Positions 17,997-27,207 of a DNA stretch of 43,344 bases are shown here, in pieces. The stretch is from a bacterium (GTDB taxonomy: Bacteria > Sysuimicrobiota > Sysuimicrobiia > Sysuimicrobiales > Segetimicrobiaceae). How positions within the stretch are numbered: the first letter of the stretch is position 1; each line of letters starts with the position of its first letter. The translations under genes and the position numbers were made by a program. A model generated the notes under the pieces. That model saw only the letters and a program-made list of their open reading frames with translations. It made no database searches and was not told the DNA's origin. Where the stretch lies: the NCBI GenBank assembly GCA_035488355.1, contig DATHLI010000251.1, positions 1 through 43,344 on the forward strand. The letters run 5' to 3'.

Positions 17997-19055
17997 TCAC
18001 ATGCTCATCCCCTCCCCGGCGGAGGCGTCCGGCGCGAACACCCGCCGAGGATTGTCGACCAGGATCGTCCGGATTTGAGCGTCCGTGACCTGGTGCCGAC
18101 GGAGCCGCGGCACGAAATGCCGTAGGATGTACCCGTAGCCGAAGCCGCCGTACCGCGTCAGCATCATCTTGAGGAAGACGTCCTGGGAGAGCAGGAGCCG
18201 CTCCAGGTACCCGTGGTTGATAAGCCGGCACAGGGCCCGGGCATTTTCCTCGTCGCACGGCGACTGGGCGTGCTGGTCCGCATAGTAGTAGTCCATCCCG
18301 ATCATGTCGTACTCGAGATAGACCCCGCGCTCCGCGAGGCTCATCTGATAATCGGGGTCGTCGAGGCTGGGGTTCATGTGATCCAGAATGACGGACCGCA
18401 GGGCCCCGGCCTCCTCGGCGACCAGGTCCAGCACGCGGTGCCCGTGACGTTCCCACCCGGGCAGATGGATGGACAGGGGCACGCTCGTGGCCCGCTGCGC
18501 CCGCGCCGCGCCCCGGAGCACTTTCTGCTCCTCTGCGGTGAACGCGGCGCTCACTCCAATTTCGCCGATCAGGCCCGCGCGCACACCCTCCAGGCCCTCC
18601 AGGACGTCCGCCGCGATCACCTCGGACACCGCCTGGGCAGACATGCGCTTGACCTCGGGCGGATGCGCCGGCTCCAGGTAGTAGCCCGTCCCCATCACGA
18701 TGTGAAGCCCCGTCGCCCGCGCGATGCCCTGCAAGGCCTGCGGCGCCCGTCCGATGCCGCGGCAGGTCGGATCGACCACGGTCCCGCCTCCCAGGGAGCG
18801 GAACTGCGCCACCTCTTCGATGGCTGCCTGCACATCGCTGAGCCGGCAGTTGTCGATATTCGCGAACGGGTCCATACGGAGCTCGCCGTAGATTGCGCTG
18901 GAGAGGGGGGCGTCTCCCAGATGGCGGCGATGCGCTTCCACGGGCTTGTGCCACCACGTGGTCGCGTCCAGAAGGAGGTGCTCGTGCATCAAGGTGATCC
19001 CGAGGGTGTCCACCGGGACCGGACCCAGCACCGTCTGCACGATCGCGGGCCTCAT
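17997..19055 (-). CDS. Phosphotriesterase-related protein (amidohydrolase superfamily, Php-like)
   Basis: Start placed at ATG 19055 (MRPAIVQTVLGPV...), 352 aa, with the HxH motif in TLMHEHLLLD. The 71-codon upstream extension of the tracked ORF is Arg/Gly-rich and would overlap the nucleoside hydrolase gene. Confidence 0.82.
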   Translation of the reverse strand: MRPAIVQTVLGPVPVDTLGITLMHEHLLLDATTWWHKPVEAHRRHLGDAPLSSAIYGELRMDPFANIDNCRLSDVQAAIEEVAQFRSLGGGTVVDPTCRGIGRAPQALQGIARATGLHIVMGTGYYLEPAHPPEVKRMSAQAVSEVIAADVLEGLEGVRAGLIGEIGVSAAFTAEEQKVLRGAARAQRATSVPLSIHLPGWERHGHRVLDLVAEEAGALRSVILDHMNPSLDDPDYQMSLAERGVYLEYDMIGMDYYYADQHAQSPCDEENARALCRLINHGYLERLLLSQDVFLKMMLTRYGGFGYGYILRHFVPRLRRHQVTDAQIRTILVDNPRRVFAPDASAGEGMSM

Positions 19056-19114
19056 CCAGGGCGTCCCGCGCGTATCGCCCTGCTGCCCTCGCCCGCCGGA
19101 GCCCCGCACGCCCG

Positions 19115-20074
19115 TCACGGATACTGGGCCAGAGTCCCGATCAGCAGGTCGAAGAAGCGGGGGGCATCCAGGCGGAGTCCGACCTCCGCATTGGGCGGTT
19201 GCCCGCGCCGGATCCCTTCCATCCCGGTCATGCCGGTGACGGACGCCCGAAGGTGGCGATAGTCGCACACGGTCATGCCGCGCGTCTGCTCTCCCCGGAG
19301 CTCGACGCCCACATGCAACGGTCGCGCGTCAATCAACGTCGGATCAATGAGCCATGCCACAGCGCATGGATCATGCAAGTGTGCCCCTTCCAGGCCGAAC
19401 AGTGTGCGGAGCTGGCGGGTGAAAAAGTCCAGGAGTTCGACCACGATGTGTCCGGTGCGGTTGCCACGATCGCGGATACGCCCGATCTCCGCCGCCCCGG
19501 CCTCGGCCTGATGGGTGAGATTGAGGCCGACCATCTTGATCGGCACCCCGCTGGTGAAGACAATGTGCGCGGCCTCCGGATCACACAAGATATTGAACTC
19601 AGCCGCCGGAGTAGCGTTTCCCAAGGTCAACGAGCCGCCCATCAGGCTGATCTGGGTCAGGCGACCCGCCAGGCGGGGCTCGCGGCGCAGGGCCAGGCCG
19701 ACGTTGGTCAGGGGTCCGGTGGCCACCAGCGTGATCCCGTCGGTCTTCATCACCGTCTCGATGATCCACTCCACCGCGTGCTCCGGTTGCGGCTGAGTGG
19801 CTGGATCGGGCAGCGTCGGACCATCCAACCCACTCTGCCCGTGGATTTCAGGAGCATGCCTCGCGGGCTGAGCCAGCGGCCGGTCGCACCCCTTGCGCAC
19901 CGGAATCGCCGTCAACCCGCTAAACTCCAGGACCTTCAGGGCATTCGCCGTGACCTTCTCCAACGTCTGGTTCCCGTGGACGGTGGTAATGCCCATGACG
20001 TCAAGGTGCCGGGCGGCCAGCAGGATAGCCAGCGCATCGTCGTGGCCGGGATCGCAGTCGAGGATGATCTTCAT
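19115..20074 (-). CDS. Nucleoside hydrolase (IUNH family)
   Basis: 319 aa with the N-terminal aspartate cluster ILDCDPGHDDALAI. ATGA overlap with the upstream gene at 20071-20074. Confidence 0.9.
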   Translation of the reverse strand: MKIILDCDPGHDDALAILLAARHLDVMGITTVHGNQTLEKVTANALKVLEFSGLTAIPVRKGCDRPLAQPARHAPEIHGQSGLDGPTLPDPATQPQPEHAVEWIIETVMKTDGITLVATGPLTNVGLALRREPRLAGRLTQISLMGGSLTLGNATPAAEFNILCDPEAAHIVFTSGVPIKMVGLNLTHQAEAGAAEIGRIRDRGNRTGHIVVELLDFFTRQLRTLFGLEGAHLHDPCAVAWLIDPTLIDARPLHVGVELRGEQTRGMTVCDYRHLRASVTGMTGMEGIRRGQPPNAEVGLRLDAPRFFDLLIGTLAQYP

Positions 20075-21153
20075 GATCGTGTCCGATTCTCGGTGCCGGC
20101 GGCCCTCCGCCGGAGGGCAATCTCCGTCAGCCCCCGGGCAATGCCCTCCAGGTCGAACTGGTTGGCTGCCCGGAACACCGCATAGAGGTCTTGCGGCACA
20201 CGGGAGAAACCCCGCAGGGCACCTGCCAATGCTCCAGCCATCGTCGCAATCGTGTCGGTATCGTTCCCGATGTTGGCCCCCGCGACGATGGATTCCAGCG
20301 GATCCCCACGTGCGAAGACGAACAGCCCGATCGCCGTGGGGACCGATTCGGAGATCTCTACGGAATTCCCGATATAGCTCTCCAGCGTCCCCATCGCTTC
20401 TTCCCGGCTCCTGGCCTTCAGGGCCAAGGTGGCGGCGAGTTCGATTCGGGACTCAATGCGGGGCCCGGGCACCAAACGAATCCGTGAATCGTGGCGAGCC
20501 AGTTCCTCACCCCGGGCAGCGCCATCCAGACAGGCGCGGACCACCGAGAACACATCTGCATCGTCCGTGAGCGCATGGGCCACGCCGGCGGCGAGCGCAC
20601 AGGCCGCCGAGACCGCACGCTGAGTGTTGTGCGCAGGAAGACAGGTCACGACGGCATCACGGCATGCTTCCGCGGGATTTCCAGGATGGACCAATCCTAC
20701 AGGGGCGATCCGCATCGCGGCGCCATTGGTGACGCCCATGTGGGTGGTTTGCCGGTCTGATTGCCCGACGGTATTGACCTTATAGGGATCCCGGCCCGCG
20801 CGGACGGCTTCAATGACCGCTCGCGTGCTGGGGCCCATGTTCGCCACCTTGGGAGACTCCGCCGCCCAGCGCAGGAGGCACGAGATCCATGCCTCCTCGG
20901 TCACTCTCCCGCCCGTCTCGATGATCATCTGAGCCAGGTAGAGCATCTGGCTCGCATCATCGGTCACCTCGCCCGCCTCGTTGCGAGCCATTGCCGCAAA
21001 GGTATCGGGCGGCGGCTTGTGAAACGTTCGGATGGGACCGTGATACTGGGCGTAGATCTCCGCGGTGGTCCACTGCTCCGTTGCGGCCCCCAAGGCGTCG
21101 CCCATCGCCGCAGTACTCAAGCAGCCCAAGACGCGGTCGTAGAGGTCCATCAC
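20071..21153 (-). CDS. ADP-ribosylglycohydrolase-family protein (YegU-like)
   Basis: 360 aa. N-terminal AAMGDALGA and family-typical length. Confidence 0.85.
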   Translation of the reverse strand: MMDLYDRVLGCLSTAAMGDALGAATEQWTTAEIYAQYHGPIRTFHKPPPDTFAAMARNEAGEVTDDASQMLYLAQMIIETGGRVTEEAWISCLLRWAAESPKVANMGPSTRAVIEAVRAGRDPYKVNTVGQSDRQTTHMGVTNGAAMRIAPVGLVHPGNPAEACRDAVVTCLPAHNTQRAVSAACALAAGVAHALTDDADVFSVVRACLDGAARGEELARHDSRIRLVPGPRIESRIELAATLALKARSREEAMGTLESYIGNSVEISESVPTAIGLFVFARGDPLESIVAGANIGNDTDTIATMAGALAGALRGFSRVPQDLYAVFRAANQFDLEGIARGLTEIALRRRAAGTENRTRS

Positions 21154-21168
21154 GTCCCCTTTACGAGA

Positions 21169-22122
21169 TTAGGCGCGGGGCAGCAGGTCATCGGCCCTCA
21201 CCCCCTGGGTCTTCAGGAACGCGAAGACTTCCTCGCGCGTGGGAAGACGCGTCCCCGTCCCCAGTTTCGACACCGCCACCGCCCCGACGCCGTTGGCGAG
21301 ACTCACAGCCTGTCGGACGCCGAGACCGTTGGCGAGCCCGGCGATGAACGCCGCATCGAACGCATCGCCCGCTCCACTGGTGTCCCGCACCTGGACAGGA
21401 AACGCCGGCTGGCTAAAGGTGTCGGCGGGCGTCGCGACCACCGCCCCCTGGCCCCCCCGCTTCAGGCACACGAGGCGAGGACCGCGCGCCAGCAAGGCCC
21501 GGGCCATCTCGGCGGGAGCACCTCGTTCGACCAGCATCGCGGCTTCGTCTTCCGTGAGCAGCACGATCGACGAGTCCCGGAGCATCGTCGCCATGACGGA
21601 CGGTCGTGTCTGAGGAATCAGAGGGCCGGGATCAAAGACGGTCGTGACCCCTCCCGCGTCACGGGCCAGCGCGAACGCTTCCAGAGCGAGATCGGGATTC
21701 GCGACGAGCGTGTACCCATCGCTGAGGACCCAGGGGACTCCCCTCAACACGGTCCGCCAGGACTGAGGGGCCCGCTCGGGGCCGGGAAGACCTGCCACTC
21801 CCAGGAAGACATGACGGCCGGCTGAGTCTACCAGCACGAGGCACACTCTCGACGACCCCACCCGCTCCACGCGGCTGACATCCACGCCCTCCCCCGCCAG
21901 GAGCGCGAGCGCCCTCTCACCGTAGAAATCATCGCCGACCCACCCCAGGGCGGCGGCCTGCATGCCGAGCCTGGCGGCCGTCACCAAGACGTTCCCCAAT
22001 CCCCCGGGCTCGATCCAGAGCGCCTCGCCCGCTTGATGCTCAAACGGCCGCACCGGCAGCTCCGGGATCGGAACGATCAGGTCGACCACCAGGCTTCCCA
22101 CAGTGGCGATGGCAGGGGCCAT
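21169..22122 (-). CDS. PfkB-family carbohydrate/nucleoside kinase (YegV-like)
   Basis: PfkB signature DTSGAGDAF near the C-terminus. ATG at 22122 chosen (317 aa). An alternative GTG at 22140 would overlap the upstream gene by 10 nt. Confidence 0.85.
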   Translation of the reverse strand: MAPAIATVGSLVVDLIVPIPELPVRPFEHQAGEALWIEPGGLGNVLVTAARLGMQAAALGWVGDDFYGERALALLAGEGVDVSRVERVGSSRVCLVLVDSAGRHVFLGVAGLPGPERAPQSWRTVLRGVPWVLSDGYTLVANPDLALEAFALARDAGGVTTVFDPGPLIPQTRPSVMATMLRDSSIVLLTEDEAAMLVERGAPAEMARALLARGPRLVCLKRGGQGAVVATPADTFSQPAFPVQVRDTSGAGDAFDAAFIAGLANGLGVRQAVSLANGVGAVAVSKLGTGTRLPTREEVFAFLKTQGVRADDLLPRA

Positions 22123-22130
22123 TCGTGGAC

Positions 22131-23429
22131 CTACCCCCACCCCGGCGGCCGTTCCCGCCGGATCCGGGAGACGCGCTCGCGCCGCCAGGACGCCACCGTA
22201 AAGCCCAACGCCACAGGGATGAACGGGATCAGGAACAGCGCCCGGGATGACCCCGAACGGGGGACACGGATCAGGCGGGCGCTCCCGGCCAGCGGCCGGC
22301 CCTGTTCGTCGACCAGGCGCAGCAGGGACGCGGATGTTCTGATTGACAGCCTGAATCCCTCGAAATCCGGCGGCCGGCCGCCGTGATGCTCGACGACCTC
22401 ATACCCGAGGGCTTCGCCGGACATCTGCACCACGCGAAACGGGCGCCGCGTCACTGTTTCGATGACCGTCTTGCCCCTGATCACCTCGAGGCGCGACATC
22501 TGCAACGGTTGCACGTACTCCCAGCGCCACGCCCCCGGCCGGCCCTCGCGACTCTGAGGGTTCTCCAGGCGCGTGTAGGCCAGATCGCTGTACTCGCGTT
22601 CCACGAATGGCTGCAGGTAAACGACCTGATCGGGACGGGCGTACACCGTCGCCGCCGGATCGTCGGCCGGCTCGGGCACCGTCCACCGGCGCTCGGGCAG
22701 GATGGTGAATCCCACCGACTCCCGCCGGTGGGTGAACACCACGAGTGAACGCTCGCTGCCGGGAACACCACGCCCGTCCCGCGTCCGGAGCCGGAGGCGA
22801 TACCGTCCGGCAGGGAGGTTCATGACGAATCCGTCGTGGATCTCTGTGCCCGCGAGCAGGAACGGCGCCGGCTCTCGCGGGGGTTGCGGGAGCACGACCT
22901 TCGCCCCCCGCTGGTGCGCCACGACCGCCCGGTCGAGGGCCTCCTGGTAGCGCCGCCGGGCTTCCGCATACTGCCCCAAAGCGTCACGAAACTGCGCCCG
23001 GGCCTCGAGGAAGGCCTGGTAGCGCTTCTCGGCTTCCGCGCCGGTGTAGAGCACCGACTGACTGCCGCCCGGGCCCTCGGGATATTGAAGCACATACTTG
23101 ACGCGGGTGAGTCGCTCGGGCTGCGCACCGGGACCGAAAAGTTCCAGCGTCCCCGGCACCGTCTCGTCGAGCGACCCCCAGTCCGCGCGGTAGTCGCCGG
23201 TCGTCGGCCAGAAATAGACCAGCGTCTCCCGGGGCGAGATGATGCTCGGGTGCCCCGCGAGCAGGTAGATCGTCCGCGCCGTTGACGGGGAGAGCGCGCC
23301 CGCATAGCCCTTCCACGTGAAGGCATTGATGCCGTAGACGAACTGCCGTTCCTTGGGCGGACCCTGGGCCGTGGCGATCTCCGCGCCGAGCAGAGACAGC
23401 ACGAGGAGCAGCGGCGCCGCGTACCTCAC
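22131..23429 (-). CDS. Hypothetical secreted, C-terminally membrane-anchored protein (432 aa)
   Basis: GTG at 23429 forms a GTGA overlap with the ABC-2 permease stop. Signal-like RYAAPLLLVLSLLGAEIATAQG and a C-terminal hydrophobic helix LFLIPFIPVALGFTVASW followed by an RRER-rich tail. I recognise no family. Confidence 0.6.
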   Translation of the reverse strand: MRYAAPLLLVLSLLGAEIATAQGPPKERQFVYGINAFTWKGYAGALSPSTARTIYLLAGHPSIISPRETLVYFWPTTGDYRADWGSLDETVPGTLELFGPGAQPERLTRVKYVLQYPEGPGGSQSVLYTGAEAEKRYQAFLEARAQFRDALGQYAEARRRYQEALDRAVVAHQRGAKVVLPQPPREPAPFLLAGTEIHDGFVMNLPAGRYRLRLRTRDGRGVPGSERSLVVFTHRRESVGFTILPERRWTVPEPADDPAATVYARPDQVVYLQPFVEREYSDLAYTRLENPQSREGRPGAWRWEYVQPLQMSRLEVIRGKTVIETVTRRPFRVVQMSGEALGYEVVEHHGGRPPDFEGFRLSIRTSASLLRLVDEQGRPLAGSARLIRVPRSGSSRALFLIPFIPVALGFTVASWRRERVSRIRRERPPGWG

Positions 23430-24298
23430 CGCCGCGCCCCGGTTCTGTCCAATCCGATCCAAGCGGCGCCCAGCATGGCCATCGCATAGGCCCCGCAGGC
23501 TCCCAGGGTGCCGAGATACGAGAGCGCATCGCCCCTGAGAAGAGCGCTCAGCCCGCGGTTGAAGTAGGCAAACGGCAGCACCCATCCCGTCACGGCCGAC
23601 AGCGTGAGCGCGGTGACGCGCATCACCTGCACGGGGCTCACGTGGAACTCCGACGTGGGCACACGCGCCAGGACCTCGACCACCACCTGCAGGCCGATGG
23701 AGAGGGTCGTCAGACCCAGGACGGCGAGGACCACCGCGCGGAGCCGCCGGATGACTGCGGCCACGGCCAGGGCCAGGCTGATCGCGGCGGCGGCCGTGCC
23801 CACCGAGAGGATGACGGCCCAGACCACGGTGCCGCCGACTCTCAATCCGGTCACCGCCATGAACAGCAGATCGCAGACCCCGACGAGCACGGTGAGCCAG
23901 AGGTAGAGGACGATGTGTGCGCCGAGTTTCGCCACCATGTACGTCTGCGAACTGACGGGCCCGTAGAAGAGGAGTTCAATCGCCCCCTGCTCGCGATCCC
24001 GCGCCACCGTGATCGCCGCCGATACGGCCTGGAACACCGACAGGAGTAGCGTCCCCAGGTAGACGGGGAGGCCGAAGGGCTCAGCAAGCACGAGCAGGCC
24101 ATCGTGCTCCACCCGGTAGAGGTCATTCTTCAGGATGAACCCTGTCATCGCCGCGATGCCCCCAACGACGACATAGGGTGGCAGGGCGCTCACCGAGGTG
24201 ACGAGATCCACGCGCACCAAGGCCCGCACAATCGTGAGGGGAAGAGCCCACCGCCGGACGCCACGCCTCCAGACCGCGCCGGACGCTACGAGGTCCAC
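23426..24298 (-). CDS. ABC-2-type transporter permease
   Basis: 290 aa with about six hydrophobic segments. Overlaps the upstream ATPase gene by 13 nt. Confidence 0.75.
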   Translation of the reverse strand: MDLVASGAVWRRGVRRWALPLTIVRALVRVDLVTSVSALPPYVVVGGIAAMTGFILKNDLYRVEHDGLLVLAEPFGLPVYLGTLLLSVFQAVSAAITVARDREQGAIELLFYGPVSSQTYMVAKLGAHIVLYLWLTVLVGVCDLLFMAVTGLRVGGTVVWAVILSVGTAAAAISLALAVAAVIRRLRAVVLAVLGLTTLSIGLQVVVEVLARVPTSEFHVSPVQVMRVTALTLSAVTGWVLPFAYFNRGLSALLRGDALSYLGTLGACGAYAMAMLGAAWIGLDRTGARR

Positions 24299-25230
24299 TG
24301 GTCAACGTCTCTCTCGGTCAACGTGAGAAATGCGTCTTCCAGGCTCGGTTCGCGCAGGCGCATGCCGACGATCACGCCGCCGCGCGCGGAGATGGTCCGG
24401 GACAGCACTCCGCGCATGTCCGTTTCCCCCTCGACGGTCACGGACAACCGATCGCCGGCGCCGGCCACGTGACGCACGCACGGCAGCGCGGCAAGCATGT
24501 CCGCCGCCCCGGGCACCGGTTCCAGCAACTGAATCTCGACCTCGGCGTCCCGGCGGAGCATGACCCGAAGGCCGGCGATCGAATCCTCGCGGATGAGGCG
24601 CCCGTGGTGGAGAATCCCCACCCGGTGCGCGGTGCGCTCCACTTCGGACAACAGGTGCGAGGAGATCAAGATCGTCATACCTCGCTGGTTCCGCTCCAAG
24701 AGGAGCCGGCGGACCTCCACGATCCCGTGGGGGTCCAGTCCGGACACGGGTTCGTCGAGGACGAGGAGCTCCGGTTCATGCAGCAGCGCCCGCGCCAGAC
24801 TCAACTTCTGCTTCATCCCCCGCGAGAAATCGCGGGCGGGGAGTGACCGGAACCCCTGGAGGCCGAGGCGTTCCAACAGGCTGCCGATCCGCTCTCGCTT
24901 CCCGCGCACCTCGTACAGATCGGCAAAGACCGACAAATATTCCTCGGCCGTCAGATGATCGTAAAAGTAGTCCTGTTCTCCCACGACGCCAATGCGCCGC
25001 TTGAGGGGGCACGGGTCCTCGCGCAGACGACGGCCCCACAAATACACCTCTCCCGTCGTCGGCGTGACGATCCCGAGCAGCATGAGCAGCGTCGTGGTCT
25101 TCCCGGCGCCATTGGGCCCGAGGAATCCGTAGATCTCCCCCCGCTCAACGCTCAGGGTCAGATCCTGCACCGCGGCGAGACCGCGATAGCATCGTGTCAG
25201 GTGTGTGGTGTGGATTACCGGCTCACTCAT
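24286..25230 (-). CDS. ABC transporter ATP-binding protein (ABC-2/DrrA-CcmA-like exporter type)
   Basis: 314 aa. Walker A GPNGAGKTT, degenerate signature SRGMKQKL, Walker B LLVLDEP. Confidence 0.88.
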   Translation of the reverse strand: MSEPVIHTTHLTRCYRGLAAVQDLTLSVERGEIYGFLGPNGAGKTTTLLMLLGIVTPTTGEVYLWGRRLREDPCPLKRRIGVVGEQDYFYDHLTAEEYLSVFADLYEVRGKRERIGSLLERLGLQGFRSLPARDFSRGMKQKLSLARALLHEPELLVLDEPVSGLDPHGIVEVRRLLLERNQRGMTILISSHLLSEVERTAHRVGILHHGRLIREDSIAGLRVMLRRDAEVEIQLLEPVPGAADMLAALPCVRHVAGAGDRLSVTVEGETDMRGVLSRTISARGGVIVGMRLREPSLEDAFLTLTERDVDQWTS

Positions 25231-25249
25231 CGTCTGCGGGTGTGCGCGG

Positions 25250-26185
25250 CTAGCCTTTCAGCCCGGACATGACCACACCTTTGATGTAATAGCGCTGCAG
25301 AAGCAAAAAGAGAATGATCACGGGGACCGACGCCAGCACCGATCCCGCGAAGATACGGCCCCAGTAGACCTGGGTCTGCGTGGTCTGCTGGGCGATGGCC
25401 ACCTGGATCGTCTGCAGGTCCTTCCGGCCCACGGCAATCAGCGGCCAGTAGAAGAGGTTCCAAATGAACTGAAACTCGAGCAAGGCGGTCGTGATGAGCC
25501 CCGGGAGAGCGTTCGGCACGATGACATGGCGCAGGATCCCGAGGTGCGAGGCCCCATCCATGGTCGCGGCCTCGTCCAGCTCCCGGGGAATCTCCTTGAA
25601 GAACTGGATGAGCGCAAAAATGACGAACGGGCTCGCATACCATGGGAGGACCAGCGCCCAATAGGTATCCTGCAGGTGCAACGTCCGGACGACGATATAG
25701 AGCGGCACCATCACCGCCTCGAATGGAATCAGCAGGGTGGCGATCACAAAAAGGAGCACCAAATCCTTTCGCGGGAACTCCAGCCGCGCGAAAAAGTAGG
25801 CGCCCATGGTGTTGAAAATCAGCGAAGACACCACGACCCCGGCGGACACCAGGGCCGTGAAGCCCAGCGCGCGGCCAAAATCGAGCCCAAACGATCGGCC
25901 CTCCGGTGACAGCCCAAGGATATCCAGGAAATTCTTCACCGACCACACCACGGGCACAAACGTGTGCCAGGAGAGCGGATACGTGAACTGAAAGATCTCG
26001 GTTTCCAGGCGGAGACTTCCCAGGATCATCCAGGCGAACGGGACGATGTAGACGATGAGGAGGGCCACCCCCAGCGCATACTGGACTCCCCGGGCGGCCA
26101 CGTTCCGGGCCCGCCGGGGGACCGCCACCCGCCAGGGACGCAGCGGGAGGGGTTCTATGGCGAGGGAGGGGCGGTTCACCTGCAT
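25250..26185 (-). CDS. Carbohydrate ABC transporter permease (MalG/CUT1 type)
   Basis: 311 aa, multi-pass, EAA loop EAATMDGAS. Confidence 0.88.
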   Translation of the reverse strand: MQVNRPSLAIEPLPLRPWRVAVPRRARNVAARGVQYALGVALLIVYIVPFAWMILGSLRLETEIFQFTYPLSWHTFVPVVWSVKNFLDILGLSPEGRSFGLDFGRALGFTALVSAGVVVSSLIFNTMGAYFFARLEFPRKDLVLLFVIATLLIPFEAVMVPLYIVVRTLHLQDTYWALVLPWYASPFVIFALIQFFKEIPRELDEAATMDGASHLGILRHVIVPNALPGLITTALLEFQFIWNLFYWPLIAVGRKDLQTIQVAIAQQTTQTQVYWGRIFAGSVLASVPVIILFLLLQRYYIKGVVMSGLKG

Positions 26186-26218
26186 CGCTGCCGGCCCCGA
26201 GCCGCCTTCATGCGCCCC

Positions 26219-27142
26219 TCAATACTCCACTTCGGATCGCAACCAGCGCATCTGCGCGGTACTCACGCCGAGGAGCACGATGAGCGTAATCATCGAGAGC
26301 GCACTGGCGTAGCCCATATCCTGGAACAGAAATCCATTCTGGTAGATGTAATAGACGATCACTTTCGTCGAATCGAGCGGGCCCCCCTTGGTCATCGTGT
26401 AAACGGGAACGAACACCTGAAAGGAAAAAATCGTCTGGGTGACGACCACGAACATGAGCACCCGGCGGAGCAGAGGCAGCGTGATGCTCCGGAACTGTTG
26501 CCAACTGCTGGCCCCATCGATCCGGGCGGCCTCGTGAAACGTGTCGGGAATGCCCTTCAGCCCCGCCATCAGAACAATCAAGCTGAATCCGATCTCTTTC
26601 CACACCATCATGATGACAATGGCCACCAGAGCCACCCGGGCGTTCGACAAGAAGACGACGCGCGGCAATCCCGCGCTCGTCAAGATGCTGTTGAACAGGC
26701 CCAATTGCACGTGGTACATCAGCGACCAGATCACCGAGATCACCACGATCGACGTGACCACAGGCGCGAAGATTGCCGAACGCACGGCGGCGGAAAACCG
26801 GTCCTCCCGTTGGAGGAGAATCGCCAGGGCAAGCGACAGCACAATTTGCGCAGGGACTTTGAGGAGAACATATTGCACGGTGACGGTCAGAGACTTCCAA
26901 AAGACCGGGTCTTGGAGCAAACGACCATAGGCCTGCAGGCCGATAAATTTGCCATAGCCCCCCAGCAGGCTATACTGCCACAGGCTGGACCTGATCGCGG
27001 CCAGGATGGGGACGTACCGGAAGAGAAGAAAGTTCACAACAGCGGGGGCAACGAATAGGAACGCAATGAGATAGCTCCGTCGCCGCCTGGTCCACCATCC
27101 CCGCGGGGATGGATAGGCGGGGGCCACCACCGCGCTCGACAT
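26219..27142 (-). CDS. Carbohydrate ABC transporter permease (MalF/CUT1 type)
   Basis: 307 aa, multi-pass, EAA loop EAARIDGAS. Confidence 0.88.
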   Translation of the reverse strand: MSSAVVAPAYPSPRGWWTRRRRSYLIAFLFVAPAVVNFLLFRYVPILAAIRSSLWQYSLLGGYGKFIGLQAYGRLLQDPVFWKSLTVTVQYVLLKVPAQIVLSLALAILLQREDRFSAAVRSAIFAPVVTSIVVISVIWSLMYHVQLGLFNSILTSAGLPRVVFLSNARVALVAIVIMMVWKEIGFSLIVLMAGLKGIPDTFHEAARIDGASSWQQFRSITLPLLRRVLMFVVVTQTIFSFQVFVPVYTMTKGGPLDSTKVIVYYIYQNGFLFQDMGYASALSMITLIVLLGVSTAQMRWLRSEVEY

Positions 27143-27207
27143 CAGCCCCTCCGGTCAGTTGACTGCCGGGGGCGCCGGGCTGCCCGGCGCCCCCGGCATG
27201 CGACCGC

